Source: Kiritimatiellia bacterium (GTDB lineage: Bacteria > Verrucomicrobiota > Kiritimatiellia > RFP12 > UBA1067). Taken from it: a stretch of 64,000 bases of DNA. Below the pieces are notes generated by a model. That model was not told the origin of the DNA. It made no database searches and saw only the letters and a program-made list of their open reading frames with translations. The stretch lies in contig JAZOQU010000039.1 in NCBI GenBank assembly GCA_045656225.1, positions 523 to 64,522 of the forward strand. Direction: 5' to 3'. The position numbers and the translations under genes are program-made. This document shows, piece by piece, positions 10,806 through 20,291 of the stretch (position 1 is its first letter; the number at the start of each line of letters is the position of its first letter).

Positions 10806-12110
10806 ATGATCGCCAAACTCATCATCGACAAAAAGCGCGAAGGCCGCGCGTTGGGCTCCGCCGAGATCCGCGAATTCATCGAGGGCTTTACTGCGGGCGA
10901 AATCCCCGATTACCAGATGAGCGCGCTTGCGATGGCGATATGCTGCCGCGGGATGACGGAGCGAGAGACGGCCGATCTGACGGATGCGATGATGCGCTCC
11001 GGGCGCTGCCTTGACTGGACGCTCGACGTTCCGACCGCCGATAAACATTCGACGGGCGGAGTCGGCGACAAGCTCTCTTTGATCGTTCAGCCACTCGCCG
11101 CCGCGTGCGCCGTTGCGGTCCCTTCGCTTACCGGGCGAGGACTCGGGCTGACGGGCGGCACGGCCGACAAGCTTGAGACGATTCCAGGGTACAACGCTTC
11201 GCTTTCTCTCGACGACTTCCAGAGGGTTGTCGCCGACGTAGGCGTTTCAATGACGGTCCAGACCGGGGAGATAACACCCGCCGACAAAAAGCTTTACGCA
11301 TTGAGGGACGTTACCGGAACGGTCGCGTCGATTCCGCTTATTGTAGGATCGATTTTATCCAAGAAGCTCGCCGAGGGCGCCTCGACTCTTGTCTTCGACG
11401 TGAAGTGGGGCCTTGGCGCTTTCATGAAGACTAAAGAGGACGCTTGCGAACTTGCCCGCGCTCTCGTATCCGGCGCGAAAGCGGCCGGGCGCAAGGCCGC
11501 CGCGCTCGTTACCGATATGAACACTCCGCTCGGGCGCGCGGTAGGTAATGCGAACGAAGTCGCCGAAGCGCTTGATATTCTCGAGAACCCAGAGTCTGTC
11601 GCCGACCGCGCCGATGTTGCTCTTTCGATCGAATTGTCGTCTCTCATGGTTTCGCTCGCCAAAGAAATTCCTCTTGATGAAGCGCGCGCGCTTTGCCGAG
11701 AGAAACTTTTAGACGGAAGTGCGCTCGAGAAATTTAAGATGATGGTTGCGGCCCATGGAGGCGATCTCGACAAGTTCGCGAAACTCCTTGAGCAGCCGAA
11801 ATTCAAATTCAAGATTCAGGCGATGCGCTCCGGTGTCGTTTCGGCGATCGACGCCGAAAAGGTCGCGCGCGTCGCGTTCAAACTCGGAGCGGGGCGGGAA
11901 AAGGCGAGCGATACGATCGATCCGTTGGCGGGCGTAACTCTTGATGTCCAGGTCGGAGATAAGGTTTCTATCGGCTCTCCTCTGGCGACTCTTGAAAAGT
12001 CCGGCTGCCCTGACGGTCTTGAGAGCGCCGCGGCGGATCTTTTCAAGGCGTTTACGATTTCACCTTCAGGCGAAAAGGTTGAGTCTCTTATTTTTGAGCG
12101 CATCGTGTAA
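10806..12110 (+). CDS. deoA: thymidine / pyrimidine-nucleoside phosphorylase
   Basis: 434 aa. IIDKKREGRAL...IPDYQMSALAMAI..RGM...E...LT.AM and the HSTGGVGDK motif. Confidence 0.9.
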   Translation: MIAKLIIDKKREGRALGSAEIREFIEGFTAGEIPDYQMSALAMAICCRGMTERETADLTDAMMRSGRCLDWTLDVPTADKHSTGGVGDKLSLIVQPLAAACAVAVPSLTGRGLGLTGGTADKLETIPGYNASLSLDDFQRVVADVGVSMTVQTGEITPADKKLYALRDVTGTVASIPLIVGSILSKKLAEGASTLVFDVKWGLGAFMKTKEDACELARALVSGAKAAGRKAAALVTDMNTPLGRAVGNANEVAEALDILENPESVADRADVALSIELSSLMVSLAKEIPLDEARALCREKLLDGSALEKFKMMVAAHGGDLDKFAKLLEQPKFKFKIQAMRSGVVSAIDAEKVARVAFKLGAGREKASDTIDPLAGVTLDVQVGDKVSIGSPLATLEKSGCPDGLESAAADLFKAFTISPSGEKVESLIFERIV

Positions 12111-12122
12111 GGCTGGCGCATT

Positions 12123-14360
12123 ATGATCAACGAGACAAATCTGCGTAAGAAATTCCCCTCTAAAAACCCACGGGCTTCCATATCCGCCAAGAAAAAGGCG
12201 ATTGAACATGAATACAATCGCAAAAGGGCGGAGCTTGGGTTCGGTCCTCCTTTGATGAAGAGGGGCTTTCCGTATTATATGATAATCATACTCGGCATGC
12301 TTCTCATAGGCGGGCTTGTGGGATCTGCCATTTTCAAGCGCGGAGGAATCGATTTTGCCGGGAAAAAGCAGAAAAAGGCCGATGAGTCGCTTCAGAATCT
12401 CGCCATCGCGCTGGGGCGCTACCGCTATCATGCGGGTGTATATCCGTCTACCGAGGAGGGGCTTGGACAACTTTCAAAAACACGGCTTAACGTTCCCGGG
12501 TGGATCGGCCCGTACATAAACGAGATAAAGCCCGACCCTTGGGGTAATGACTACGTCTACGTCAACAACGGGGACAGAAAACATCCGACACTTTATTCAA
12601 AGGGGCCGGACGGTGCTCTTGCGACGCCGGACGACATAAATGTAGACGGGAGTTTCTTTGAACAGCCGTTTAAAGACCCGTCCTGGGCCGAAAACTGGGT
12701 GCCGTGGCATCTTCGCGGGTATATATGGGTTGAAAACGAGCGCGAGGGGCAGATGGTGGACCGCAGGATGGCCGAGGCGCTCGGCAAGCCATTGTCCATT
12801 GAGGGTGCCGCCGGTATATGCGACGATTGGCTTTTTTCGACCGCTGACGGTAAGATTGAAAACGCCGAGGTGCGGCTGCCGCTTGATTGGCGGGCGTATG
12901 CGGGCCGCAATTTTTCAGAAGATGATGAAGCGGTCTTCACCCGTTCGTTTTTCGTCAATGAGGCGGCGGCGGATTACTGCATCATGCTGCGGATCGCCGC
13001 GGTAAGCGGGACCGTCTCCGCCGAGCTTAACGGAGTTGCTCTTGAGGTGCGCGATGTCGGGCGCGAGGGGTACGAGGCGGATATGACCAAGGTTGTCAAA
13101 CATGATGACGATAATGAGCTTAAATTAAAAGTCAAAGCGTCAGATCGCGCCGCAAGAAGCGCGGGCGTCATCGGCAATGTCTGGGTTGAGTTCTCGAATC
13201 CGTCCGAACGTGTCGTCACCGGGTCGCTTAAAGTCATCGGCAGAAAGGCGTCCGAGGACTTTTCGGTAATTACAGTCGAGAGACTTCTCGAATGCTTTGA
13301 CGGGACAAACACCGTGGTGAAGACGGATGTTCATAATCTTACCAACAGGCATCCGAGACTGTGGACGATTGAAAAGCCGGCGTTTCTGAAAAGCAATCTC
13401 ATGGGGCGTTACATGGTTCGCACGATTGAGCCGTCGACGAGCAGATCCGTCGAGCTCAACGGCCGCGAAACACGCATAAACGGCGTTATGACGGATTCGT
13501 TTCTCGGGATTCTCGGCGAGGCGTTCAGCGAGCGTCAGGCGAGGATGAAATTCGACGCGCTTAAGGAAGTCGGCGTCAACGCGGTGTTTTTCAGCGATCC
13601 GAAGACGAACAAGGCTTTTTTCGATCTGTGCGACGAAGTCGGGCTGATGGCGTTTGACGCGGAAGACCTCGAGAGGCTGAAACTTGACAGGTCGCGTTTT
13701 GTTCCTGTCGGTGGGATTCCGGACGAAGAGACTCTCGCGTATTTGAAATCTCTCTACATGCCCGACACCAAGACGCTTTATGCGGGGCCGTGCTGGACTT
13801 TCGACGAAGGCGCGAATGTTCGTATAGAGTGCGTTACCGACGCTGACAGCGTGGAGTTTTTTGTAAACGGGACGTCCGTCGGCGAGGCTGAGAAGGTTTC
13901 CGGATTCCGGTTTGCGAAAGACATCGTCTACGAATCGGGAGAACTCAAGGCGATAGCGAAAAAGAACGGGGTTTATTACAATGAACGGGTGCTGAAAACG
14001 GCGTACAGGCCTGCCGCTCTCCGCTTTATGGCCTTGCCGTGGATCATGAAGGAGAACGAGAGTGCGGTCATAGATGTCGCGCTCAGTGACGATTACGGTC
14101 AGATTGTCCCGAATGAATCCCGCGAGGTCGAGTTTGTCATCGAGGACGGTCCGGGCGAGTTTGTCGCGTGCGGCAATTCCGCACGTGAAGCCGGAAAGAT
14201 AGATTCCGCCGACAGGCGAAAGGCCGTCTGCAGAATCCATAACGGCAAGGCTTCGGTCGCCGTGCGTCGCGGTGAGGGATCGCGAGTCCCGCTCCGCATC
14301 AAGGCCAAGGCGCCTGGATTGAGGTCTGCCATCGCGATTCTGCCGTATCAGTTCCGTTGA
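12123..14360 (+). CDS. GspG-like pseudopilin domain fused to a degenerate glycoside hydrolase family 2-like body
   Basis: The N-terminus has a TM helix (GFPYYMIIILGMLLIGGLVG) and a T2SS-G domain pattern (LQNLAIALGRYRYHAGVYPSTEEGLGQL...WIGPYI...DPWGNDYVY...YSKGPDG...DDI). The rest resembles the GH2 sugar-binding and Ig-like domains, the start of the TIM barrel (VELNGRETRINGV...LKEVGVNAVFFSD) and a DUF4982-like segment (VEFFVNGTSVGEAE). I could not find the catalytic Glu regions. Confidence 0.65.
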   Translation: MINETNLRKKFPSKNPRASISAKKKAIEHEYNRKRAELGFGPPLMKRGFPYYMIIILGMLLIGGLVGSAIFKRGGIDFAGKKQKKADESLQNLAIALGRYRYHAGVYPSTEEGLGQLSKTRLNVPGWIGPYINEIKPDPWGNDYVYVNNGDRKHPTLYSKGPDGALATPDDINVDGSFFEQPFKDPSWAENWVPWHLRGYIWVENEREGQMVDRRMAEALGKPLSIEGAAGICDDWLFSTADGKIENAEVRLPLDWRAYAGRNFSEDDEAVFTRSFFVNEAAADYCIMLRIAAVSGTVSAELNGVALEVRDVGREGYEADMTKVVKHDDDNELKLKVKASDRAARSAGVIGNVWVEFSNPSERVVTGSLKVIGRKASEDFSVITVERLLECFDGTNTVVKTDVHNLTNRHPRLWTIEKPAFLKSNLMGRYMVRTIEPSTSRSVELNGRETRINGVMTDSFLGILGEAFSERQARMKFDALKEVGVNAVFFSDPKTNKAFFDLCDEVGLMAFDAEDLERLKLDRSRFVPVGGIPDEETLAYLKSLYMPDTKTLYAGPCWTFDEGANVRIECVTDADSVEFFVNGTSVGEAEKVSGFRFAKDIVYESGELKAIAKKNGVYYNERVLKTAYRPAALRFMALPWIMKENESAVIDVALSDDYGQIVPNESREVEFVIEDGPGEFVACGNSAREAGKIDSADRRKAVCRIHNGKASVAVRRGEGSRVPLRIKAKAPGLRSAIAILPYQFR

Positions 14361-14454
14361 TATTCGTTTTATCGCAGGCGATTTTGCTGTTACATTCGCG
14401 TTACATTTCTTTTCCGCTTTTATGCTATCATAGTTCCGTCCGAAAGGAGGAACT

Positions 14455-15906
14455 GTGTCGGTCGGAATCAAATGGTTTATTTTTTGTGCGGCTCTCGCGG
14501 CGGGCGAGGGTTTGGCTTTCGCCCTGCCGTATTTGTCTTCGGCCTGGCCTCTTGCCTTGGCGCTTGCCGCGTTTTCCGCGTTGACTGCGTTCGGTGCAGC
14601 TCGGCGGAGCTTGTATCTGCTGAGCGTATTTTTTCTTGGCACGGTGTTCGCATGGGCTGCGGTTGACGACCGTTCCCGGATAATCATCGAAACCGTAGAG
14701 CTCGGCAGGGGGCGGCCTGTTGAGGTTGACTTCAAGATACCGTCTTCGGTGAAGTTTTTCGAGTCTGAAAACGGCGGGCGTAAAATCGTTTTCCCGGGGA
14801 AAGTCCGGGGGATGGATGTAACGGTGAATATTTATCAGGATCAAGGCGCTGTGGCGCCCAAGGAGGGCGAGACGTGGCGTTGCAGGGGATGGATAGGCAG
14901 AGATTCAAAAGGGGGGATTTTCGGCCGGCGGAGATTTTGGGTCCGCGGTAAGGGGGCGGGAGCTCTTCCGGTCAACGGTGATGACGGCGCTTTCTCGTTG
15001 GATAAGGCGGTATCTTTGATCAGAAGCGACATTTCAAAGCGAATAGGGGCGGGAGTTGACGAGAACGCTGAAATCCGGGATTTGAACAGAGCGCTTCTTC
15101 TTGGCGACAGATCGGGTGTCGATCCCGAAACGAGAAAGGCTTTTGCCGATTCGGGGACTGCACATCTTTTTGCGGTGTCAGGACTCCATGTTTTTGTGAT
15201 AGCCAAATTCTTTTCGGTTATTCTGTCATTGACGGGTTTTCCGGCGAGGTTTAAGGCATTGCCGTTGATTCCGCTTCTCTGGCTTTATGTTCTCGTTGTC
15301 GGGGCGGGTCCGAGTTCGGTAAGAGCGGGTATAATGGCGACGTTTTATTTTTCTGCGCCGCTTTTCTGGCGTAAGAGCGATTCGTTGTCGGCGTGGGCCC
15401 AGACGTTTGTTTTGGTCCATATCGCAAGGCCCGAGAATCTTGTGAATACTGCGAGTCAACTTTCGTTTGCCGTTATGCTGGGGCTTGTTGTCTGGAATCG
15501 TATCTCTTCAGGCCTTGAAGGGCGTTTTGTCAAGGTTTTCGCACCGTCTTTGGTGGCGTGGGTGTCTGGTGTTCCGATTGTGGCGGCTACTTTTGCGGTT
15601 GTCACGCCAGGTGGGCTGGTCGCGAACATGCTTGCGGTTCCTGTGGCGTGTTTTAGCGTTGTGCTGAGCGCTGCCGGTGTTTTGTTCAGTTACGTGTCTG
15701 ACTCGATTGCCGGACTGTTCAATGCGGCAGCCTATATGTCGACATCTGTTATGGTCGGACTTGCGCGTACTGCCGGAGCGGTAGAGTGGTCCAATTTTGA
15801 GGTGGAGAAGTGGAACTTTGCGCAGTGCGCTACATGGTATGGCGTTGTCGCGCTTGTTATGCTGGTTTTTCACGCATGGCGCAACCGTGTTGTCATAAGA
15901 ATTTGA
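14455..15906 (+). CDS. comEC: ComEC/Rec2 family competence channel protein (no C-terminal MBL domain)
   Basis: GTG start after AGGAGG. Polytopic membrane protein with the FADSGTAHLFAVSGLHV motif. Confidence 0.8.
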   Translation: MSVGIKWFIFCAALAAGEGLAFALPYLSSAWPLALALAAFSALTAFGAARRSLYLLSVFFLGTVFAWAAVDDRSRIIIETVELGRGRPVEVDFKIPSSVKFFESENGGRKIVFPGKVRGMDVTVNIYQDQGAVAPKEGETWRCRGWIGRDSKGGIFGRRRFWVRGKGAGALPVNGDDGAFSLDKAVSLIRSDISKRIGAGVDENAEIRDLNRALLLGDRSGVDPETRKAFADSGTAHLFAVSGLHVFVIAKFFSVILSLTGFPARFKALPLIPLLWLYVLVVGAGPSSVRAGIMATFYFSAPLFWRKSDSLSAWAQTFVLVHIARPENLVNTASQLSFAVMLGLVVWNRISSGLEGRFVKVFAPSLVAWVSGVPIVAATFAVVTPGGLVANMLAVPVACFSVVLSAAGVLFSYVSDSIAGLFNAAAYMSTSVMVGLARTAGAVEWSNFEVEKWNFAQCATWYGVVALVMLVFHAWRNRVVIRI

Positions 15907-15981
15907 TAACCGGACTTCGATACGCCGCTGAAAGTCTGCAAAAACGTGCAAACTTCTTTTGAAATATACAAAGCGCGACAT

Positions 15982-16021
15982 TGTGTCTCAAAATGTCACA
16001 CTTTGTGTCTCACTGTGTCAC
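15982..16021 (+). promoter_or_regulatory. tandem direct repeat upstream of dnaK (possible activator binding sites)
   Basis: GTGTCTCA-aaa-TGTCACA ctt GTGTCTCA-ct-GTGTCAC. These are two units of about 20 bp, located 45-85 bp upstream of the sigma54-like element. Confidence 0.3.
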
Positions 16022-16064
16022 GAAAAGGGCGTTGGCACAGTGATTTTTTATGTAGAATGACCTT

Positions 16065-16079
16065 TGGCACGGTATTTGC
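16065..16079 (+). promoter_or_regulatory. sigma54-type (-24/-12) promoter candidate upstream of dnaK
   Basis: TGGCACGGTATTTGC matches TGGCACG-N4-TTGC with canonical GG/GC spacing. It lies 50 nt upstream of the dnaK ATG. Confidence 0.4.
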
Positions 16080-16128
16080 TACATAGATGGCGTCACCCCA
16101 GTAAGGTGGCGGATAGGAAGAAAAAATT

Positions 16129-18039
16129 ATGGCAAAAGTATTAGGAATTGACTTGGGTACCACCAACAGCTGTATGGCCGTTATGGAAGGCGGCGAGGCT
16201 ACGGTTATCCCCAATAAGGAAGGTCAGCGCACAACACCTTCGATCGTTGCATTCACCAAGACGGGCGAAATTCTCGTTGGTCAGGCCGCTAAGCGTCAGG
16301 CCGTTACGAACCCGAAGTCGACGATTTACTCGATCAAGCGTTTCATCGGCCGCAGGTTCGACGAAATGACCGACGAAATCAAGATGATGCCTTACGAGGT
16401 CGTTCGCGCGGCTAATGGCGACGCCGCCGTCAAGGTCGGCGATAAGACTTATACGGCTCAGGAAATTTCGGCTATGATTCTTCGCAAGCTTAAAGAGGAT
16501 GCCGAGGCGTTCTTGGGCGAGAAGATTACCGAGGCCGTTATTACTGTTCCTGCTTACTTCAACGACCAGCAGCGTCAGGCGACCAAGGACGCCGGCAAGA
16601 TCGCAGGTCTCGAAGTTAAGCGTATCGTCAACGAGCCTACTGCCGCGTCGCTCGCGTACGGTCTCGACAAGAAGAAAAACGAGAAGATCGCGGTTTACGA
16701 CTTCGGCGGCGGTACGTTCGATATCTCCGTACTTGATATCGGCGACGGCGTTTTCGAGGTTAAGGCGACTAATGGCGATACCCACCTCGGCGGTGACGAC
16801 CTCGATCAGGCGATCATGAAGTGGCTCATCGAGGATTTCAAGGCCGCTCAGGGCGTTGACCTATCCCAGGACATGATGGCTCTTCAGCGTCTTAAAGAAG
16901 AGGCCGAGAAGTCGAAGTGCGCTCTTTCGACCGCGACGACTTACGATATTAACCTTCCGTTCATCACGATGAACCAGTCAGGTCCCTTGCACCTCACCGC
17001 TACGCTCAACAAGGCGAAACTTGAGCAGCTTACGATGGATCTCGTCAACCGCACGAGCGAGCCTTGCCGCAAGTGCATGAGCGACGCTGATCTTTCGAGT
17101 GTTGACGAGGTCGTTCTCGTCGGCGGTCAGACGCGCATGCCTCTTATTCAGGAGAAGGCGAAGAGCCTCTTTAACAAGGAGCCTCACAAGGGCGTTAACC
17201 CCGACGAAGTCGTTGCCATGGGCGCGGCGATTCAGGGCGGCATCCTGAAGGGCGAAGTCAAGGACGTTCTCCTTCTCGACGTAACTCCGCTTACGCTCGG
17301 CATCGAGACATTGGGCGGCGTTCTCACTCCGCTTATCGAACGCAACACGACGATTCCCGCCAAGAAGTCTCAGGTCTTCTCGACGGCGTCGGACAATCAG
17401 CCTGCCGTTACGATCGCGATTTTCCAGGGTGACCGCAAGATGGCCCGCGACAACAAGTCGCTCGGCAACTTCAATCTCGACGGTATTCCTCCGGCGCCGC
17501 GCGGCGTTCCCCAGATTGAGGTTACGTTCGATATCGACGCCAACGGCATTCTCAATGTCTCGGCTAAGGATCTCGGCACTCAGAAGGAGCAGAAGATTAC
17601 GATTACTGCCGCGGGTGGCCTCTCTAAGGAGGAGATTGAGAAGATGCGCAAGGACGCCGAGGCTCACGCAGCCGAGGATGAGAAGCGTCACGAGGAAGTT
17701 GAAGCCCGCAACAAGGCCGATGGTCTCGCGTTCCAGGTCGAGAAGACCTTGAAGGACGCCGGCGATAAGATCGCCGCCGAGAAGAAGGCTCCCGTCGAAG
17801 AGGCTCTTAAGGCTCTCAAGGACGAGCTCGCCAAGAATCCTCCCGCTCCGATCGCCGACATCAAGGCTAAGGAAGAGGCTCTCATGAAGGCGATGGAACC
17901 CGTCGCTCAGGAGATGTACGCTTCCGCTCAGGCCAACCAGCAGCAGCCGGGAGCCAATCCCGAGCCGCCGCCTGCCGATGAGCCTAAGAAGGAGAAGGGC
18001 GGAGACGATGTTGTCGACGCGGACTTCACGATGAAGTAA
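16129..18039 (+). CDS. dnaK: molecular chaperone DnaK (Hsp70)
   Basis: [22 protein letters not shown]..., [18 protein letters not shown]. Confidence 0.98.
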   Translation: MAKVLGIDLGTTNSCMAVMEGGEATVIPNKEGQRTTPSIVAFTKTGEILVGQAAKRQAVTNPKSTIYSIKRFIGRRFDEMTDEIKMMPYEVVRAANGDAAVKVGDKTYTAQEISAMILRKLKEDAEAFLGEKITEAVITVPAYFNDQQRQATKDAGKIAGLEVKRIVNEPTAASLAYGLDKKKNEKIAVYDFGGGTFDISVLDIGDGVFEVKATNGDTHLGGDDLDQAIMKWLIEDFKAAQGVDLSQDMMALQRLKEEAEKSKCALSTATTYDINLPFITMNQSGPLHLTATLNKAKLEQLTMDLVNRTSEPCRKCMSDADLSSVDEVVLVGGQTRMPLIQEKAKSLFNKEPHKGVNPDEVVAMGAAIQGGILKGEVKDVLLLDVTPLTLGIETLGGVLTPLIERNTTIPAKKSQVFSTASDNQPAVTIAIFQGDRKMARDNKSLGNFNLDGIPPAPRGVPQIEVTFDIDANGILNVSAKDLGTQKEQKITITAAGGLSKEEIEKMRKDAEAHAAEDEKRHEEVEARNKADGLAFQVEKTLKDAGDKIAAEKKAPVEEALKALKDELAKNPPAPIADIKAKEEALMKAMEPVAQEMYASAQANQQQPGANPEPPPADEPKKEKGGDDVVDADFTMK

Positions 18040-18040
18040 G

Positions 18041-18118
18041 TCAGTAGTTAGGGGTTAGTGGTTAGGAGTCAGTTTTAAAACTAATCACTAACCACTAATC
18101 ACTAACGACTAATGACTA
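18041..18118 (+). terminator. imperfect TTAG/CTAA-rich hairpin between dnaK and groES
   Basis: GTCAGTAGTTAGGGGTTAGTGGTTAGGAGTCAG ... CTAATCACTAACCACTAATCACTAACGACTAATGAC. The arms are partly complementary and there is no clear T-tract. Confidence 0.35.
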
Positions 18119-18162
18119 TCATATATAAAAAAAGAATTTAAAACTGAAAGGAAATAAAAAAC

Positions 18163-18450
18163 ATGAAAATCAGACCTCTTGGTGATCGCGTTCTCGTTGA
18201 ACCTATCGAAGAGAAAGAGCAGGTAGTCGGCGGTATCTATATCCCTGACTCTGCTAAGGAAAAGCCCATGCAGGGCAAGGTTATCGCCGTAGGCAAGAAG
18301 CTCGACGATGCTGGTAAGGAAATCGCTTTCGACGTTAAGCCTGGCGACACGGTACTTCTTCCTAAGTACGGCGGCACCGAAGTTAAGATCGACGGTCAGA
18401 AGCTTCAGCTCGTCCGTGAGGAAGACCTCCTCGGCGTATTCGTTAAGTAA
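18163..18450 (+). CDS. groES: co-chaperonin GroES
   Basis: [12 protein letters not shown]...[21 protein letters not shown]. Confidence 0.97.
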   Translation: MKIRPLGDRVLVEPIEEKEQVVGGIYIPDSAKEKPMQGKVIAVGKKLDDAGKEIAFDVKPGDTVLLPKYGGTEVKIDGQKLQLVREEDLLGVFVK

Positions 18451-18522
18451 CAAGGAACGGGGGAGATCAGTCTCCTTCGAACCCCCACGATAAGGTAAGT
18501 TTTATTAAGAAAGGCAATTACA

Positions 18523-20157
18523 ATGGCTAAGCAGATTAAGTTTGATGCAGAAGCTCGTCAGAAGATTCTCGCCGGTGTCGAGAAGCTTTCGAGCGCCGTA
18601 ACTTCCACTCTCGGTCCCTCCGGCCGCAACGTCATCATCGACAAGAAGTTCGGCTCGCCCCAGATCACCAAGGACGGTGTTACCGTAGCCAAGGAGATCG
18701 AGCTTCCCGATCCCTTCGAGAACATGGGCGCCCAGATGGTCAAGGAGGTCGCCTCCAAGACGAACGATGTCGCCGGTGACGGTACGACCACGGCTACCTT
18801 GCTCGCCGAGGCTATCTACCGCGAAGGTCTCAAGAACCTCACCGCCGGCGCGAACGCTATGGCCCTTAAGAACGGTATCGACAAGGCTACAGCCGCTGTC
18901 ACCGAGTCCATCGCCAAGCTCGCCAAGAAGGTCAAGTCGGCCGACGAGATCGCCCAGGTCGCCACGATTTCCGCCAACGGCGACACCGAGATCGGCAAGA
19001 TGATCTCCGACGCGATGGACAAGGTCGGCCAGAACGGCACGATTACTGTCGAAGAGGCCAAGACGCTCGAGTCCACTCTCGATGTCGTCGAGGGCATGCA
19101 GTTCGACAAGGGCTATCTCTCGCCTTACTTCGTCACAGCTCCCGAGCGCATGGAGTGCGAGCTCGAGAATCCCTTCATCCTCCTTTTCGAGAAGAAGATC
19201 TCCAACCTCCAGGATATGCTTCCTCTCCTCCAGGGCGTCGCCAAGTCCGGACGTCCTCTCATGATCATCGCCGAGGATGTCGAGGGCGAAGCTCTCGCGA
19301 CTCTCGTCGTCAACAAGCTCCGCGGCACCTTCCAGGTCTGCGCCGTTAAGGCTCCCGGCTTTGGCGATCGCCGCAAAGCCATCCTCGAGGATATCGCCAT
19401 TCTTACGGGCGGCAAGCTCATCACTGAGGATATCGGCATCAAGCTCGAGTCCGTCACGATCGATATGCTCGGCCGCGCCAAGAAGGTCGTCGTCGACAAG
19501 GACAACACGACGATCGTCGAGGGTCTCGGCAAGGGCGCCGACATCAAGGCCCGCGTCGAACTCATCAAGAAGCAGATCGAGGAGACTTCCTCCGACTACG
19601 ATCGCGAGAAGCTCCAGGAGCGCCTCGCTAAGCTCTCCGGCGGTGTCGCGCTCATCAAGGTCGGCGCTGCTACCGAGGCTGCGATGAAGGAGAAGAAGGA
19701 TCGCGTCGATGACGCTCTCCACGCCACCCGCGCTGCGGTTGAAGAGGGTATCGTTCCCGGCGGCGGCGTCGCTTACCTCCGCGCTCAGAAGGCCATCGAG
19801 GCTCTCAAGCTCGAAGGCGACGAGAAGGTCGGCGCATCGATCATCTGCCGCGCTATCGAAGCTCCTCTCCGCAAGCTCGTCAACAACGCCGGTCAGGAAG
19901 CGGCTCTCGTCATCGCCAACGTCAAGAAGGCGACCGGTACGAACGGTTACAACGTCCGCACGGGCGAGTACTGCGACCTCCTTAAGGCCGGTGTCGTCGA
20001 CCCCGCCAAGGTTACGCGCTCTGCTCTCCAGAACGCGGCTTCCATCGCGGGTCTCCTCCTCACGACCGACTGCATGGTCACCGATCTTCCCGAGAAGAAG
20101 GAAGGTTGCGGTTGCGGCGGCCACGGCGGCGCTCCCGACATGGGCGGCATGATGTAA
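18523..20157 (+). CDS. groEL: chaperonin GroEL
   Basis: [12 protein letters not shown]...[12 protein letters not shown]... with a C-terminal GGM-type tail. Confidence 0.98.
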   Translation: MAKQIKFDAEARQKILAGVEKLSSAVTSTLGPSGRNVIIDKKFGSPQITKDGVTVAKEIELPDPFENMGAQMVKEVASKTNDVAGDGTTTATLLAEAIYREGLKNLTAGANAMALKNGIDKATAAVTESIAKLAKKVKSADEIAQVATISANGDTEIGKMISDAMDKVGQNGTITVEEAKTLESTLDVVEGMQFDKGYLSPYFVTAPERMECELENPFILLFEKKISNLQDMLPLLQGVAKSGRPLMIIAEDVEGEALATLVVNKLRGTFQVCAVKAPGFGDRRKAILEDIAILTGGKLITEDIGIKLESVTIDMLGRAKKVVVDKDNTTIVEGLGKGADIKARVELIKKQIEETSSDYDREKLQERLAKLSGGVALIKVGAATEAAMKEKKDRVDDALHATRAAVEEGIVPGGGVAYLRAQKAIEALKLEGDEKVGASIICRAIEAPLRKLVNNAGQEAALVIANVKKATGTNGYNVRTGEYCDLLKAGVVDPAKVTRSALQNAASIAGLLLTTDCMVTDLPEKKEGCGCGGHGGAPDMGGMM

Positions 20158-20181
20158 TATCGTTGGTTCAACGGTAAATAA

Positions 20182-20215
20182 AAGAGGCGATCCTTTCGGG
20201 TCGTCTCTTTTTATT
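20182..20215 (+). terminator. rho-independent terminator after groEL
   Basis: AGAGGCGATCC-TTTC-GGGTCGTCTCT followed by TTTTATT. Confidence 0.6.
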
Positions 20216-20291
20216 CTTTCAAGTTGACTATGTGCCGACGAATAGGATATACTTCATGCATTATTTATTAACGTATAACAATGGTAAAACA

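Noticed and set aside
15907-18162. HrcA CIRCE operator upstream of dnaK or groES.
   Set aside because: I searched by eye for TTAGCACTC-N9-GAGTGCTAA-like inverted repeats and found none. The TTAG-rich hairpin after dnaK does not match CIRCE.
18505-20124. 539-aa minus-strand ORF covering almost all of groEL.
   Set aside because: It is antisense to a certain groEL. Its Asp/Leu/Gly/Ala-rich translation is the typical mirror image of a GC-rich, codon-biased gene.
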